Assembly (NCBI GenBank): GCA_964464515.1
Contig: CAYXGP010000001.1
Location: 69,984-133,983 of the forward strand
Origin: an uncultured Enterobacterales bacterium
GTDB lineage: Bacteria > Myxococcota_A > UBA796 > UBA2385
Direction of reading: 5' to 3'
Length of the DNA stretch: 64,000 bases
The notes below the pieces were generated by a model. That model saw only the letters and a program-made list of their open reading frames with translations, had not been told where the DNA came from and did not search any database. Numbering within the stretch: position 1 is the stretch's first letter; each line of letters begins with the position of its first letter. A program made the position numbers and the translations under genes. Below, in pieces: positions 35,557 to 45,546 of the stretch.

Positions 35557-36315
35557 TCAGAACCCGTCCTCCGGCGACAGCTCCAGCCAGCCCAGCCACC
35601 ACCCCGACGCCGCCAGCGTGAACAGCGCGACGTAGATCCCGATCCAGAGCAGGTGCCAGCGACGGGACTTCGAGCGGAAGAGGGCGGCTGGGAGCGGGCG
35701 GAAGAACCACCGATCCGCGAGCAGCGCCAGCGCCACCCCCGCGGCGCCGTCGACGAACCAGTGCTGATCGAGAGCCATGGTGCTGTACCAGATCAGGGCT
35801 GTGCAAAGCAGCAGGACATCGCCGACGGGTCGATCGTGGCGACGAACCAGCAGCGCTGCCAGGCACGACTCGGCCACGTGCATCGACGGAAAGCAATTGG
35901 CCGGAGGGTCGATGACGCGGGTGAGCGTCAGGCCATACGTCCAGAGATCGGTGATCGGAACCGGCTCCCGCGGCACCGTGACAGGCCAGAGGATCCAGAA
36001 GGGCATGCCCGCGGCCACCAGGAAGGTGAAGGCGAGGACGCCCTGACGCAACACCCGGCGCTCGGTGACGATCACCAGCGGCGCCCACACCTGAGCGAAC
36101 AGCCAGAGATACGCGACCACCCAGGGGGGCGAGAGGGGCACCCGATCGTCGATCGGCAGCGGGAGCGTGTGCAGCGTCGCGCTGCGGAACTGCAGCAGGT
36201 TGACGCCGCCGTAGGCGAAGAAGAAGGAGAGCGCCACGCCGAGCCCGACGGCCACGCGGTGTCCGCCGTGGATCGGGGCGTCGCTGCGCAGGGGTCGGTG
36301 GGGGTTCTCCATCAC
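35557..36315 (-). CDS. PAP2-family membrane phosphatase/transferase (AUR1-like)
   Basis: NCFPSMHV, QHWFVDG, multiple TM segments. Confidence 0.85.
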   Translation of the reverse strand: MMENPHRPLRSDAPIHGGHRVAVGLGVALSFFFAYGGVNLLQFRSATLHTLPLPIDDRVPLSPPWVVAYLWLFAQVWAPLVIVTERRVLRQGVLAFTFLVAAGMPFWILWPVTVPREPVPITDLWTYGLTLTRVIDPPANCFPSMHVAESCLAALLVRRHDRPVGDVLLLCTALIWYSTMALDQHWFVDGAAGVALALLADRWFFRPLPAALFRSKSRRWHLLWIGIYVALFTLAASGWWLGWLELSPEDGF

Positions 36316-36386
36316 GGACCTGAACAGTCTACTCCGACCGCTCGACCGCCCCCCCGAAACGATGGCCGCCCGTAGGTCTCCCCGCT

Positions 36387-37079
36387 ATGATGCCCCCCGT
36401 GATGCGCCGTCGTTTTCTCACATTGCCGTGGTTGCTCCCCATCTCCGCGTGTGGAGGGTACGGGCTGCTGGCCTACAACGCCGACACGGGTCTCACCGGT
36501 CACCCGGACCTGTCGGACGACGATGATGATGACACGACGGAGACCGAGACCACTGGCTCGACGAGCGGCGGGAGCAGCTCGACCGGCGGTTCATCTGGAG
36601 GCTCGGGCGGCAGCAGCTCTTCTGGTGGCAGCGGCTCTTCGGGCGGCAGCGGCTCTTCGGGCGGCACGTCCGGTGGGACGACCTCTGGTGGCGGCGGCAC
36701 CCCCACCTCTTGGACCGGCACCCGCACCATCCAGCTCGGGATCGCCGGGGGCGGCCCCGATCTCTGCAATGTCATCTGGGACACCAACGGCAGCCCCACC
36801 TCGACCTCGGTCCCCTGCTCCGGTTGCGACTTCATCTTCGAGGTGGTCGGCTCCAACCCCCGCGACACCCTCGGCGGCTGCACCGGGATGACCAACTTCG
36901 GCGACACGTTGGGGCTCGACACCTCGAGCTATGGCAGGCCGGTCATCATGTACTACTACTCGCGCTCCTGGTACCAGGCGTTCGACGCCACCTGGAGCTC
37001 GCCGTCGCTCTCCTACGACTACGCCTGGAACATGGCCGGCTACGCCTACGACTGGACCGGCACCGCGACCGTCCGGTAG
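36387..37079 (+). CDS. Hypothetical lipoprotein with Asp-, Gly- and Ser-rich linker
   Basis: ISAC lipobox, D6 run, GS repeats, aromatic beta-rich C-terminal domain. Confidence 0.7.
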   Translation: MMPPVMRRRFLTLPWLLPISACGGYGLLAYNADTGLTGHPDLSDDDDDDTTETETTGSTSGGSSSTGGSSGGSGGSSSSGGSGSSGGSGSSGGTSGGTTSGGGGTPTSWTGTRTIQLGIAGGGPDLCNVIWDTNGSPTSTSVPCSGCDFIFEVVGSNPRDTLGGCTGMTNFGDTLGLDTSSYGRPVIMYYYSRSWYQAFDATWSSPSLSYDYAWNMAGYAYDWTGTATVR

Positions 37080-37113
37080 CGGACTACACCGCGGCCCTAT
37101 GCTGGTCGCAGCC

Positions 37114-37530
37114 CTATACCGGTCGGAAGTGCACCTGGGTTCCGGTGACCGGATCGCGGTGCAGGTCCACCGCGAACACCATGCGCGGATGCTCGCTGAC
37201 CGTCAGCTCGAAGCGCCCCGAGAGCTGCCTGCCCGCTTCTCCAACCGGGAGAGAGGCGAGCTGCTGGAGCCCATCCTGCAGGCGGTTCCAGACCTCCAGC
37301 GGCGGCGACAGCGCCGGCAGGGTCTTGTTGCGGACCACATAGACCACCCGGAAACGCTGCACGCTGAACGTGTGGTGGAACCAGACCTCTTGCGCGCCGT
37401 GGGCCAGCGCGTCGAGCAGGAGCAGCCGGACCAGGCGCTCGGCGACCTGGCTGCGTTCTGCTGGCATCGTGCAGTGCTCCCCGACGCACACCCCGCCGTC
37501 TTCCAGGCCGATGGACGCGAGGGGCGTCAT
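37114..37530 (-). CDS. Stand-alone GspE/PilB N2-like domain protein without ATPase
   Basis: LVRLLLLDALAHGAQEVWF...RFRVVY...SPP...LASL...LSGRFEL...DPVTG matches the N2-domain pattern by eye. Confidence 0.6.
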   Translation of the reverse strand: MTPLASIGLEDGGVCVGEHCTMPAERSQVAERLVRLLLLDALAHGAQEVWFHHTFSVQRFRVVYVVRNKTLPALSPPLEVWNRLQDGLQQLASLPVGEAGRQLSGRFELTVSEHPRMVFAVDLHRDPVTGTQVHFRPV

Positions 37531-37578
37531 ATCGCCATGCCCCAGGCTCGGCCCCCGGCCTGTGGGACGACTCGCCGC

Positions 37579-38925
37579 TCAGTCTACCCAGCGCAGAAGC
37601 GTGCCCTCGGTCTGGTTCGGCCCCCAGAGGAGCACCTCCGCGCGCCCATCGTCTCCGAGATCCGCCACGAAGAACCGCGCGTCCCCCCCTGGGAGCTCCA
37701 GCGAGAGAGAAGCCGCCGGAGGCTCCTCCAGCCCACCGGGCCGCCCGCGCAGCAGCCGAACCCGCCCCTCGACGTCCGCGACGATCAGATCCAGGCGACC
37801 GTCTCCGTCCACATCTCCTGAGAGGTCACGCGGGAGCTCCCCCGGGTGATCGACGGGGACCGAGAGACGGGTGAGCGTCTCCGGGGAGCTGCTCAAGCCG
37901 CTGGCGCTCATCTCGAACAGGCTGAGATCGACCCGCACGACCTGCGAGACCAGCGCGCGGGCGAGGTTGCCCATGTCCAGCTCGACCTGCGGCGCGATCA
38001 TGTCGAGATCTCCGTCGCCGTCGAAGTCGATGGGGGTGACCGCCACGGCCGCTGCTTCGCTCCGAACGTGCTGCGGAGCGTCGAATCCTGCCCCGTTCCC
38101 GCGGCACCACGACAGCTCGGCGGTCGCGCCGAACCATGACCCCTCCACCACCCACCGATGCACCGCCAGATCCACCCGGCCGTCGCCGTCGAAGTCCCGG
38201 AACCAGACCCCGTCGATCTCGCGGCGGGTGCCGGACGATCCCGTGTCGTCAGGAGGCTCCAGATCGATGGGCAGCGCGGCCTCCAGACGCTCCGCCCCGA
38301 TGCCGTCCGGGCCGGTGCGATGGAGCACGATCTGCGCCGCGCGGGGCTGCAGCAGATCGACCAGCCCGTCCCCGTCGATGTCTCCCGCGGCGATCGATGG
38401 CACGACCAGGGACGTCTCGAGCTGGCTTCCTCCGGCGCGGCCGTGTTCTCGGAGCCCGCCCTCCGCAGGCAGCGGGATGGTCCCCCGAAGCCCACCGTCC
38501 GCGGCGACCGCCCGGAGCTCCCCGCCGGTGTAGAGCAGCACCTCGGCGCTGCCGTCCCCCTCCAGATCGAGGGCGATGTCCGCGGCGATCGGGGTGGTAC
38601 CGCCGAGGTACGCCAGCGGGGTCGGCGCGCTGTAGATCCGCCGCGGCGCGCCGCCGTGGGGGTCGAGCGCCAGCACGCCGCCGCCGTCGATGCCCCACAG
38701 CCCCGCCTGGATGTCCCACAGCAGGGGTTCAGGCGGGAGCTCGAGCGCGCCGCCCGCGGTGAGCTCCTCATCCAGCTTCATCCAGGTCAGGCGTACAGCC
38801 ACCGGCGCGGCGCTGTCCGCCCGCGAGACCAGCACCAGCTCCGCGGCCCCGTCGGCGTCGATGTCACCGGCGCGGACCTCCACCAGCTCCGCGGGGAGGG
38901 CGATCGGGGTAGCGATGAGCGGCAC
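37579..38925 (-). CDS. FG-GAP/VCBS repeat beta-propeller protein
   Basis: Seven DxDxDG-type motifs (DIDADG, DLEGDG, DIDGDG, DFDGDG twice, DVDGDG, DLGDDG). Confidence 0.85.
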   Translation of the reverse strand: MPLIATPIALPAELVEVRAGDIDADGAAELVLVSRADSAAPVAVRLTWMKLDEELTAGGALELPPEPLLWDIQAGLWGIDGGGVLALDPHGGAPRRIYSAPTPLAYLGGTTPIAADIALDLEGDGSAEVLLYTGGELRAVAADGGLRGTIPLPAEGGLREHGRAGGSQLETSLVVPSIAAGDIDGDGLVDLLQPRAAQIVLHRTGPDGIGAERLEAALPIDLEPPDDTGSSGTRREIDGVWFRDFDGDGRVDLAVHRWVVEGSWFGATAELSWCRGNGAGFDAPQHVRSEAAAVAVTPIDFDGDGDLDMIAPQVELDMGNLARALVSQVVRVDLSLFEMSASGLSSSPETLTRLSVPVDHPGELPRDLSGDVDGDGRLDLIVADVEGRVRLLRGRPGGLEEPPAASLSLELPGGDARFFVADLGDDGRAEVLLWGPNQTEGTLLRWVD

Positions 38926-39759
38926 TCAGGGCCCCATCTCAGAGAGACCTGGTTCAGCGAGCAGGATCTCCAGCCGATCCGGGAGGGCCCCCTCGAATCG
39001 AGCCTGGTACTCCGGCCGGAGCAGACGCGCGCGGACCGTCCACAGCGTGGGATCAGATGGATCGCGCATGACCTGCGGCCGCGCTCCGGGTGCCAGCCAG
39101 GGGCTGAGCAGGGCGGCCTCCTCCAGCGCCGCCCGGCAGCGCGCCGCGGGCGCCGGGGGCAGACGGAGCCGCACCACGAACTCGGTGAACTCCTCGAGAT
39201 CGATCCGCTGCGGCGTGCGGAGGAGCACGCGGTTCGGGATCCCGATGTGGTGGCCGTGCCGATCGACCAGCCACACCGCCCGCAGGCCGATCGTCTCGAT
39301 GCGCCCCTCGAACCCGTCCACCTGCAGCCACTGTCCCAGCGCCAGGCGCCGCTCGGTGGCCAGGAGCAGCCCGGCCACCAGATCGGCGATCGGCTCCCGC
39401 GCCGACCACCCCACGGCCACCGCGGTGGCGAGCATCACCCAGGGAAGCGCGGAGGCCAGCGACGGGGGGAGGAACGAGCCGATGGCGCCCAGAATCAGGA
39501 GCAAGGCCACCCCTCGCCCCACCATGGCCGCCCCGTGCAGCAATGCCGTGAGCCGACCGCCCGATCGCAGCTGACGCCGGACTGCCGCAGCCGCCTGCGA
39601 CAGCGCCCAGATGGCGATGCCCATCACGAGCAGCTCGACACCCTGCGCGCTGGAGGGGATCCACGGCATCCAGGCGTCGAGGCCGGGCCCGCCAGGCGTG
39701 GCCTGAGCAGCCTCTGCCGCCGCTGACGCGCTCCCCGATGCTCCGATCAGCGCAACCAT
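38926..39759 (-). CDS. Small-conductance mechanosensitive channel (MscS family)
   Basis: TM3 AVGWSAREPIADLVAG, GQWLQVDGFEGRIETIGLR, IPNRVL; ATG 39759 overlaps the upstream stop region. Confidence 0.85.
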   Translation of the reverse strand: MVALIGASGSASAAAEAAQATPGGPGLDAWMPWIPSSAQGVELLVMGIAIWALSQAAAAVRRQLRSGGRLTALLHGAAMVGRGVALLLILGAIGSFLPPSLASALPWVMLATAVAVGWSAREPIADLVAGLLLATERRLALGQWLQVDGFEGRIETIGLRAVWLVDRHGHHIGIPNRVLLRTPQRIDLEEFTEFVVRLRLPPAPAARCRAALEEAALLSPWLAPGARPQVMRDPSDPTLWTVRARLLRPEYQARFEGALPDRLEILLAEPGLSEMGP

Positions 39760-42700
39760 CCCCGCTCCGTGAGAGTCTGCACCACAGCCGTGAACAGGTG
39801 GGGGGCGATGCGCCAGATGTCGCCGTCGGGCTCCAGGATCCCCCAGTGCGCCAGCTTGCCCAGCCAGGCCCGCGCGGTGTCGAGATCGGTCCCGAACAGC
39901 GAGGCGTGGACATCCTCGCTCATCCACCCCTGCCCGACCGTCATCCGCAGGGTGAGCAGCGCGCGGGAAGGGAGTCGCTCGAGGCGATGCCGCGGCGGCT
40001 GCTGGAGCGGTCCGAGGGTCAGCACCCCCCGGCCCTCATCGACCACCTGAACCGACGCCAGCCAGAGCCGGAGCGCGTCGCGCATCACGCCGCCCGAGGC
40101 GCGGTACAGCGCAGAGAACCACGCCCGCTGCGCCGCCAACGCCTCCTCCTCTTCCTGCCAGCGGAGGACCGGCCAGCGCAGCTCGTCGCCCGGTCGAAAC
40201 TCCAGCTCGTAGCCGCTCAGCGCGTGACGACGAAGCAGCGCGCCCCGCAGGGCGGTCGGCCCCATGGGGGCGAGCTCCAGCAAGCTGGGGAAGGCGTCGA
40301 CCAGGGGGGCGAACGCGCTCGCCTGGCTCCAGACTGCTCGATCGACGCTGACGATCCACGCTCGCTCCGCCCCCTGGTCGAGCACCCCGCGCACGAACCG
40401 GCGCAGCGGACGCGCCCCGCCCGGACGGAGCTGAAACAGCCAGCGCAGCCCGTCCACCACGTTGATCAGGCCGGCGTCGCGGAGCCACTCCTCCACGGTC
40501 TCCTCATCGACAGGGGCGCGCGGTGCGCGGATGACCACCCCCTCCATGTCCTCGATGATCTCCCGAGCGATGCCGGAGGTGCCGGTGCCCGCGGGCCCCA
40601 CGAGGGCCAGGCAGCGCCGATGCCCCACGCGATCGGCCCCCAGGATGACCCTGCCCGCCTCCACCAGCTCCGAGTGCTGATTGAGGATCTCATCCAGCTC
40701 AGCGCTCTGGTGAGAGAACAGGCGCCGGTAGAGCACCGGGCAGTCCACGGCAGGAAGGGGCGCCAGCGCGGCGCGCAGCTCCGACTCCGGCGCCTCCGCG
40801 GTGGGGAGCCCCAGCCAATGGGCGAGCAGACGCAGGCGCTCCTCGCCCAGCGCCGCGCGAGAGACTCGGGCGACGCTCTGCCGCGTCCGCGCCACCACGT
40901 TGTTCAGCTCCGCGGCCTGCCGGGAGATGCGCTCTCGCAGCTCCACGTCGCGTGTGAGGAGCTGGAGGGTGACCCCTTCTCCGGCCAGCACCAGATCGCG
41001 CACCTGCGCCAGCTCGCCGCGCACCTGGGCAGCGATGGTGTCGCCGGACTCCTCACCCAACCCCAGCACGTCGGTGAGCATGCGCTGCAGGCGCGCATGG
41101 CTGCGCCCGATCGCCCCGCCGACCATCTCGTCGATCAGAGCGCGCGTCTCCGAGGAGAGCGGACTCTCGGCTCGGACATGCAGCTCGGCGTTGGCCAGAT
41201 CGAGGTTGAAGGAGGAGATCCTCTCAGCCTCCTCCAGCGCCGCGTCGATCTCGCCCACCCGCTCGGCGAGCGCTGAAGACAGCTCCAACAGCGACCGGCT
41301 GAGCGAGGTCTCGATCCGGGTGAGCAGGAGGCGCTGGAGCGGAAGCACCGCCACGGTGGCGGTGGTCAGGTGCTCCCAGGTGTGCGGGGACTCCAGCTCC
41401 CTTGAGGGGACCCGCACCTCGTGGCTGAGCGTATCCGCCAGGCCGAGGATCCCCTCGCGGACCGGCGCGATCACCGAGCCGCTGGAGGTGGCCTCGAGCA
41501 GCGACCCCGAAGAGCGGCGGGCCTGGTCGATCCGTCCGGCGAGCGGCGGGCGGCGAGCGTCGATGAAGGCGCTGAGCTCAGCGCTGCCGCAGCCTCCCTC
41601 CGCGAGCGCGGAGATCTCTTCCAACACAGCGGACAGACCGTTGATCACCGCGTCCAGCGGTACGACGAGATCAGACTGTAGACGCGCCGCGAGGCGACCG
41701 ATCTCGACATCGAGGACGGCGTCACAGCGACGCTCCAGGGCCGACAGCTCCAGCTCCAGCGCCAGCACCTGGTAGCACGCGCTCAGGGTCTCCCGGGCCC
41801 GGGGAAAACCATCGCACAGCAGCGAAAGGCCGCGGCTGCGATCGTCGAACACGTGTCCGAAGCGCCGCGCGCCGCGCGGCAGGTCCGGCGTGCCCTCGGC
41901 GATCAGATCTCCCTTGATCCGACTCATCGCCCCGCCGAGGAGCTCGACCAGGAGGTTGGAGATGGCCTCGGTGTCGGCCTGGAGGCGCGCCTGGGACTGC
42001 GCGATGCGGCTGTCGAACCCCCGGCTGAGCCGCCCCAGCTCTTCAGCCTGAGAGCCACCACCCGAGCCGAGGCTGTCGTACCGCTGCGAGATCTCCTGGA
42101 ACAGCTCCGTCACCTCCGCGGCCACGCGCAGCTCGCTGCCTGCGACCTCCGCGGCGAGAGCGGTGAGCTGCAGTGGCATGCGCCCGCTCAGATGATAGCG
42201 AGCCGTCAGGCGCACCCCCACCTCCCGCTCCCCCGGCCGCACCCGCCGCCACAAGCGAAACAGCGAGCGACGCCAGCGGCGAAGAGGCGGATCGTCCGCG
42301 CGGAACACCAGCGAGCGCTCCTCGACCGGCGCGGAGACCTGCTCGGGCTGGTCGTCGGCGAGCCGATCGAGGGCAGCGATCAGCACCAGCGGATTCCAGG
42401 TGCGTTCCTGCACATGCCGCTCACGCTGCAGGACGCGCTGCCGCCAGCAGTCCGCGAGCCGGGCGATGTGCTCGGCGGCCCTTCGCTGGAGCATCCGTCC
42501 CTGCCCCGGCGCGGTCGCCAGCTCCTCATGCAGGCGCAGGAAGTCCAGGCGCAGTCCGGCCAGCCACTCGTCGGCCTCTGCCTGCCGGCGCGCCAGCGGA
42601 CCGCTGCTGACCTGCTCGCAGATCTCCTGCAGCGCCTCCTCCTGCTGCCGCGCGAGTCGTGCCAGCTCCGGGGAGTTCGTCTGAAGCGGGGCCCCCCACC

Positions 42701-44132
42701 CGACGAACTGCTGACTCTCGACCTGCGGAGTGGGCTCTGCCGCGCTGACCTCCCCGATCTCCCCGTCGGCCGATGGGATCTCCCCCGCGCGGGAGAGCGA
42801 GAACTGGAGCAGCGCCGGGCCGATGATCTCGTTGATGGCCACGCCCGCGAGCACCAGGGTGCGCAGCGCGCCGCCGGTCTCCGGCCCGTAGATATCCGGG
42901 AGCTGCTCCGCCAGCGTGATCGACAGCCCCGCCTGCGAGATGAAGCCCAGCCATCCCAGCTTGCGGGTGTTCGGATCGGCACCCGCGAGCCGCGCGCCGA
43001 TCCCCACCCCGCCGTACAGCGCGATCATGCGGATGGCGACCAGCGCCAACGCGAACGGCGCCAGCGCCACGAGATCGTGCAGGTGGAGCTTCGCGCCGGC
43101 CAGGGTGAAGAACACCACGAACACCGGCATCGAGAGGCGCTCGACCTCGTGGATGAGGCGGTCTCCGTAGTCGGAGTAGTTGGAGGCGACGAAGCCCGCG
43201 GCGATGAAGATCAACGCGGTCTCTGCCTGCAGGTTCTCCGAGACGTACGAGACGGTGAAGATGACGCCCACGAGGAACAGGAGCACCTCCGCGCCGATGT
43301 ACTTGAGGTACAGGTGCAGCAGCAGGCCCAGGCCCGCGCCCGCCAGACCAGAGACAGCGATCATCACCAGCGAGTGGCCGAGCCCGTGGCCGCCCGAGGC
43401 GCCGACCACCATGTTGGTGACCGTGATCATCGCCGAGAACGCGATGACGACGATCACGTCCTTGATCACCGCCACCGAGATGATGTTGGTGGTCATCGGG
43501 CCGCGCGCGCGCGTGCTGACGATGATCGCGATGGTGGCCGCGGCGGAGGTCGCCATCGAGATCACCGCCACGATGCCGCCGAATGACAGCGCAGCGCCGG
43601 TGGACATCCCGCCCAGGCCCGGCATGCCCAGCGCCGGGATCACGCCGGAGATCAGGTAGAAGAAGCCCACCGTGCCCACGGTGAGCGTGATCATCTGGCC
43701 GGTGAGCACCCCCAGGATGGGGCGGATCGCCTTGCGGATCGTGCCCACGTCCAGCTCTCCGCCCGCCGTGAGGCAGATGAGCGGGAGCGCCAGGGTGTTC
43801 AGGAGATCGAGCTGTCCGATGGTCTCGTCGTTGAGGATGCCGTGGTCGAACGGCGCGGGGAGCACGCCGCCCAGCGCCTGCGCTGTGGATGGTCCCAGGG
43901 CCAGCCCGGCCAGCAGGTAGCCGGTGATGTGGGGCAGCCGGATGACCTCGGCGAGCTGACCGATGGTGTACGCCGCCAACACCACGAACCCGAAGGCCAG
44001 CAGCCCCCGGGGGTCGAACCCGTCGCCCATGACCGCGTAGTTGTGCAGCAGCAGCAGCGCCCCGAACAGGGCCACCACGATGAGTGACTTCTGGACGACA
44101 TCGACCGGGTGTCCGTGGCTGCTCCCTCCCAT
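39747..44132 (-). CDS. CPA2 cation:proton antiporter fused to a long helical region and a degenerate P-loop NTPase/winged helix
   Basis: LPHITGYLLAG...GP and SQAG antiporter motifs in the first ~420 aa; GPAGTGTS at 40575-40598; C-terminal wHTH-like segment. Confidence 0.8.
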   Translation of the reverse strand: MGGSSHGHPVDVVQKSLIVVALFGALLLLHNYAVMGDGFDPRGLLAFGFVVLAAYTIGQLAEVIRLPHITGYLLAGLALGPSTAQALGGVLPAPFDHGILNDETIGQLDLLNTLALPLICLTAGGELDVGTIRKAIRPILGVLTGQMITLTVGTVGFFYLISGVIPALGMPGLGGMSTGAALSFGGIVAVISMATSAAATIAIIVSTRARGPMTTNIISVAVIKDVIVVIAFSAMITVTNMVVGASGGHGLGHSLVMIAVSGLAGAGLGLLLHLYLKYIGAEVLLFLVGVIFTVSYVSENLQAETALIFIAAGFVASNYSDYGDRLIHEVERLSMPVFVVFFTLAGAKLHLHDLVALAPFALALVAIRMIALYGGVGIGARLAGADPNTRKLGWLGFISQAGLSITLAEQLPDIYGPETGGALRTLVLAGVAINEIIGPALLQFSLSRAGEIPSADGEIGEVSAAEPTPQVESQQFVGWGAPLQTNSPELARLARQQEEALQEICEQVSSGPLARRQAEADEWLAGLRLDFLRLHEELATAPGQGRMLQRRAAEHIARLADCWRQRVLQRERHVQERTWNPLVLIAALDRLADDQPEQVSAPVEERSLVFRADDPPLRRWRRSLFRLWRRVRPGEREVGVRLTARYHLSGRMPLQLTALAAEVAGSELRVAAEVTELFQEISQRYDSLGSGGGSQAEELGRLSRGFDSRIAQSQARLQADTEAISNLLVELLGGAMSRIKGDLIAEGTPDLPRGARRFGHVFDDRSRGLSLLCDGFPRARETLSACYQVLALELELSALERRCDAVLDVEIGRLAARLQSDLVVPLDAVINGLSAVLEEISALAEGGCGSAELSAFIDARRPPLAGRIDQARRSSGSLLEATSSGSVIAPVREGILGLADTLSHEVRVPSRELESPHTWEHLTTATVAVLPLQRLLLTRIETSLSRSLLELSSALAERVGEIDAALEEAERISSFNLDLANAELHVRAESPLSSETRALIDEMVGGAIGRSHARLQRMLTDVLGLGEESGDTIAAQVRGELAQVRDLVLAGEGVTLQLLTRDVELRERISRQAAELNNVVARTRQSVARVSRAALGEERLRLLAHWLGLPTAEAPESELRAALAPLPAVDCPVLYRRLFSHQSAELDEILNQHSELVEAGRVILGADRVGHRRCLALVGPAGTGTSGIAREIIEDMEGVVIRAPRAPVDEETVEEWLRDAGLINVVDGLRWLFQLRPGGARPLRRFVRGVLDQGAERAWIVSVDRAVWSQASAFAPLVDAFPSLLELAPMGPTALRGALLRRHALSGYELEFRPGDELRWPVLRWQEEEEALAAQRAWFSALYRASGGVMRDALRLWLASVQVVDEGRGVLTLGPLQQPPRHRLERLPSRALLTLRMTVGQGWMSEDVHASLFGTDLDTARAWLGKLAHWGILEPDGDIWRIAPHLFTAVVQTLTERGWLR

Positions 44133-45355
44133 CAGGCGCGCGCCTCGAGCTGGGGGACGTCGTGGCGCAGGTCACCGGCGTCGATCAGCAGCCCCTTGAG
44201 CACCCGCGGGGCGATCAGCTCGTAGAAGACCACCGAGGCGAGGATGGCTGTGTAGGCCAGATCGACCGCCGGCCCGGAGTACACCAGGCGGAACATCAGC
44301 GCGATCGCCAGCGCCACATGCCCCTGGGCCAGCAGACCCCGCACGAGGTCATCGCGGAGGCTCGTCCCCATGCTGGCGATCCAGCATCCCAGGGCCTTGC
44401 AGACGAACCGCAGGACGATGAAGCCCACGCTGAGCGCGATCGCCGGCAGGGCGGGGACGGGCGTCCACAGCACCCCCGCGAACACCAGCAAGATCAGCGA
44501 CGCGGGCTTCTGGGTGCCGGCGAGGGTGGAGTGGATGGCCTCACCATGGCGGCTGTGGACCAGCACGACCCCCAACAGGAGGTTCACCGTCAGCGCCGAG
44601 AGATCCAGAAAGAACGCGGCCCCCGAGGCGAACGAGATGATGCCCACCAGGGCCAGGAAGCGGCTGTTCTCGCTGTCGTCGTCGCCCAGGAACACCACGA
44701 ACAGCGCGCCGAGGGAGAGCCCGAGCCCCGCCGTGAGCAGCACCCACGTCGATGGATCCGGGGGGTTCTCCAGCGCGGCGTCGCCGTGATGGAACCGGCA
44801 CATCAGCACCCCGAAGGCGGCGATGGCGAGGATGTCGCCCAGGCGCGCGGTGCGTCGCAGGAGCGGCAGGAGGCGGGTCGCCACCTCGTGGTAGCGCGAC
44901 AGCAGCAGATCGACAGCAGAGGATGATCCCGCGGCGGCCGCGCAGCCCATCACCGCCGCGCTCAGCCAGGCCTCATCCGAGGAGATCTCCCCTACGAACG
45001 CCCCGGAGCGGAACACCGCGGCCGCCGCCGCCGCCACCCCGCAGCCGGTGATCGCGCTCTCCACGCCCGCGAGGCGCATCGTGCGGCCCGCCTCTGCCGA
45101 GGACGCTCGGCGACCCACCGGGAGCTCGACCTCCATGCCATACAGCAGACCGATCCACCCCGCGCCGAACGCGATGACCGGCGCCAGGGAGTCCAGATCG
45201 GTGAGCACATGCAGGTTCGGGCCCAGCAGCACCCCCAGCAGGATGTACTCCAGACCGGACGCAAACAAGAAGCGCCGCTGCAGGCGATCGACGACGAAGT
45301 GCGTGAGCAGGTAGGCCACCGCCACGAAGGCCAGCAGGATGAGCAGCACCCCCAT
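44132..45355 (-). CDS. CPA2-family cation:proton antiporter-like membrane protein
   Basis: About 12 TM segments, EYILLGVLLGP, LAQGHVA; TGATG overlap with the fusion gene. Confidence 0.8.
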   Translation of the reverse strand: MGVLLILLAFVAVAYLLTHFVVDRLQRRFLFASGLEYILLGVLLGPNLHVLTDLDSLAPVIAFGAGWIGLLYGMEVELPVGRRASSAEAGRTMRLAGVESAITGCGVAAAAAAVFRSGAFVGEISSDEAWLSAAVMGCAAAAGSSSAVDLLLSRYHEVATRLLPLLRRTARLGDILAIAAFGVLMCRFHHGDAALENPPDPSTWVLLTAGLGLSLGALFVVFLGDDDSENSRFLALVGIISFASGAAFFLDLSALTVNLLLGVVLVHSRHGEAIHSTLAGTQKPASLILLVFAGVLWTPVPALPAIALSVGFIVLRFVCKALGCWIASMGTSLRDDLVRGLLAQGHVALAIALMFRLVYSGPAVDLAYTAILASVVFYELIAPRVLKGLLIDAGDLRHDVPQLEARA

Positions 45356-45411
45356 CGAGTCGCCGCCCTCCGGGGCGGGCGCGCTCGAGGCGGCGGCGGG
45401 TGCAGCACAGA

Positions 45412-45435
45412 TGAGCCAGACGGTGAGCCAGACGG
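45412..45435. repeat. Perfect 12-bp tandem duplication TGAGCCAGACGG upstream of the antiporter operon
   Basis: Copies at 45412-45423 and 45424-45435. Confidence 0.85.
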
Positions 45436-45546
45436 GAAGCGAGGCAGACTCCTCTTGGGTGATCTCGCGCAGGGTACCAGACCCCGTTCATCCTGTTTGC
45501 GCGTGGGGCTCCTGACCTCTACCCGACTGAGTGTCGTTGAGGAGGT

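Noticed and set aside
36560-36700. Gly/Ser-encoding 18-bp repeats as a separate repeat element
   Set aside because: Ordinary low-complexity linker within a lipoprotein CDS.
38926-38928. Selenocysteine at the MscS/FG-GAP UGA
   Set aside because: No redox-motif context and no recognisable SECIS hairpin; only generic readthrough is kept as a possibility.
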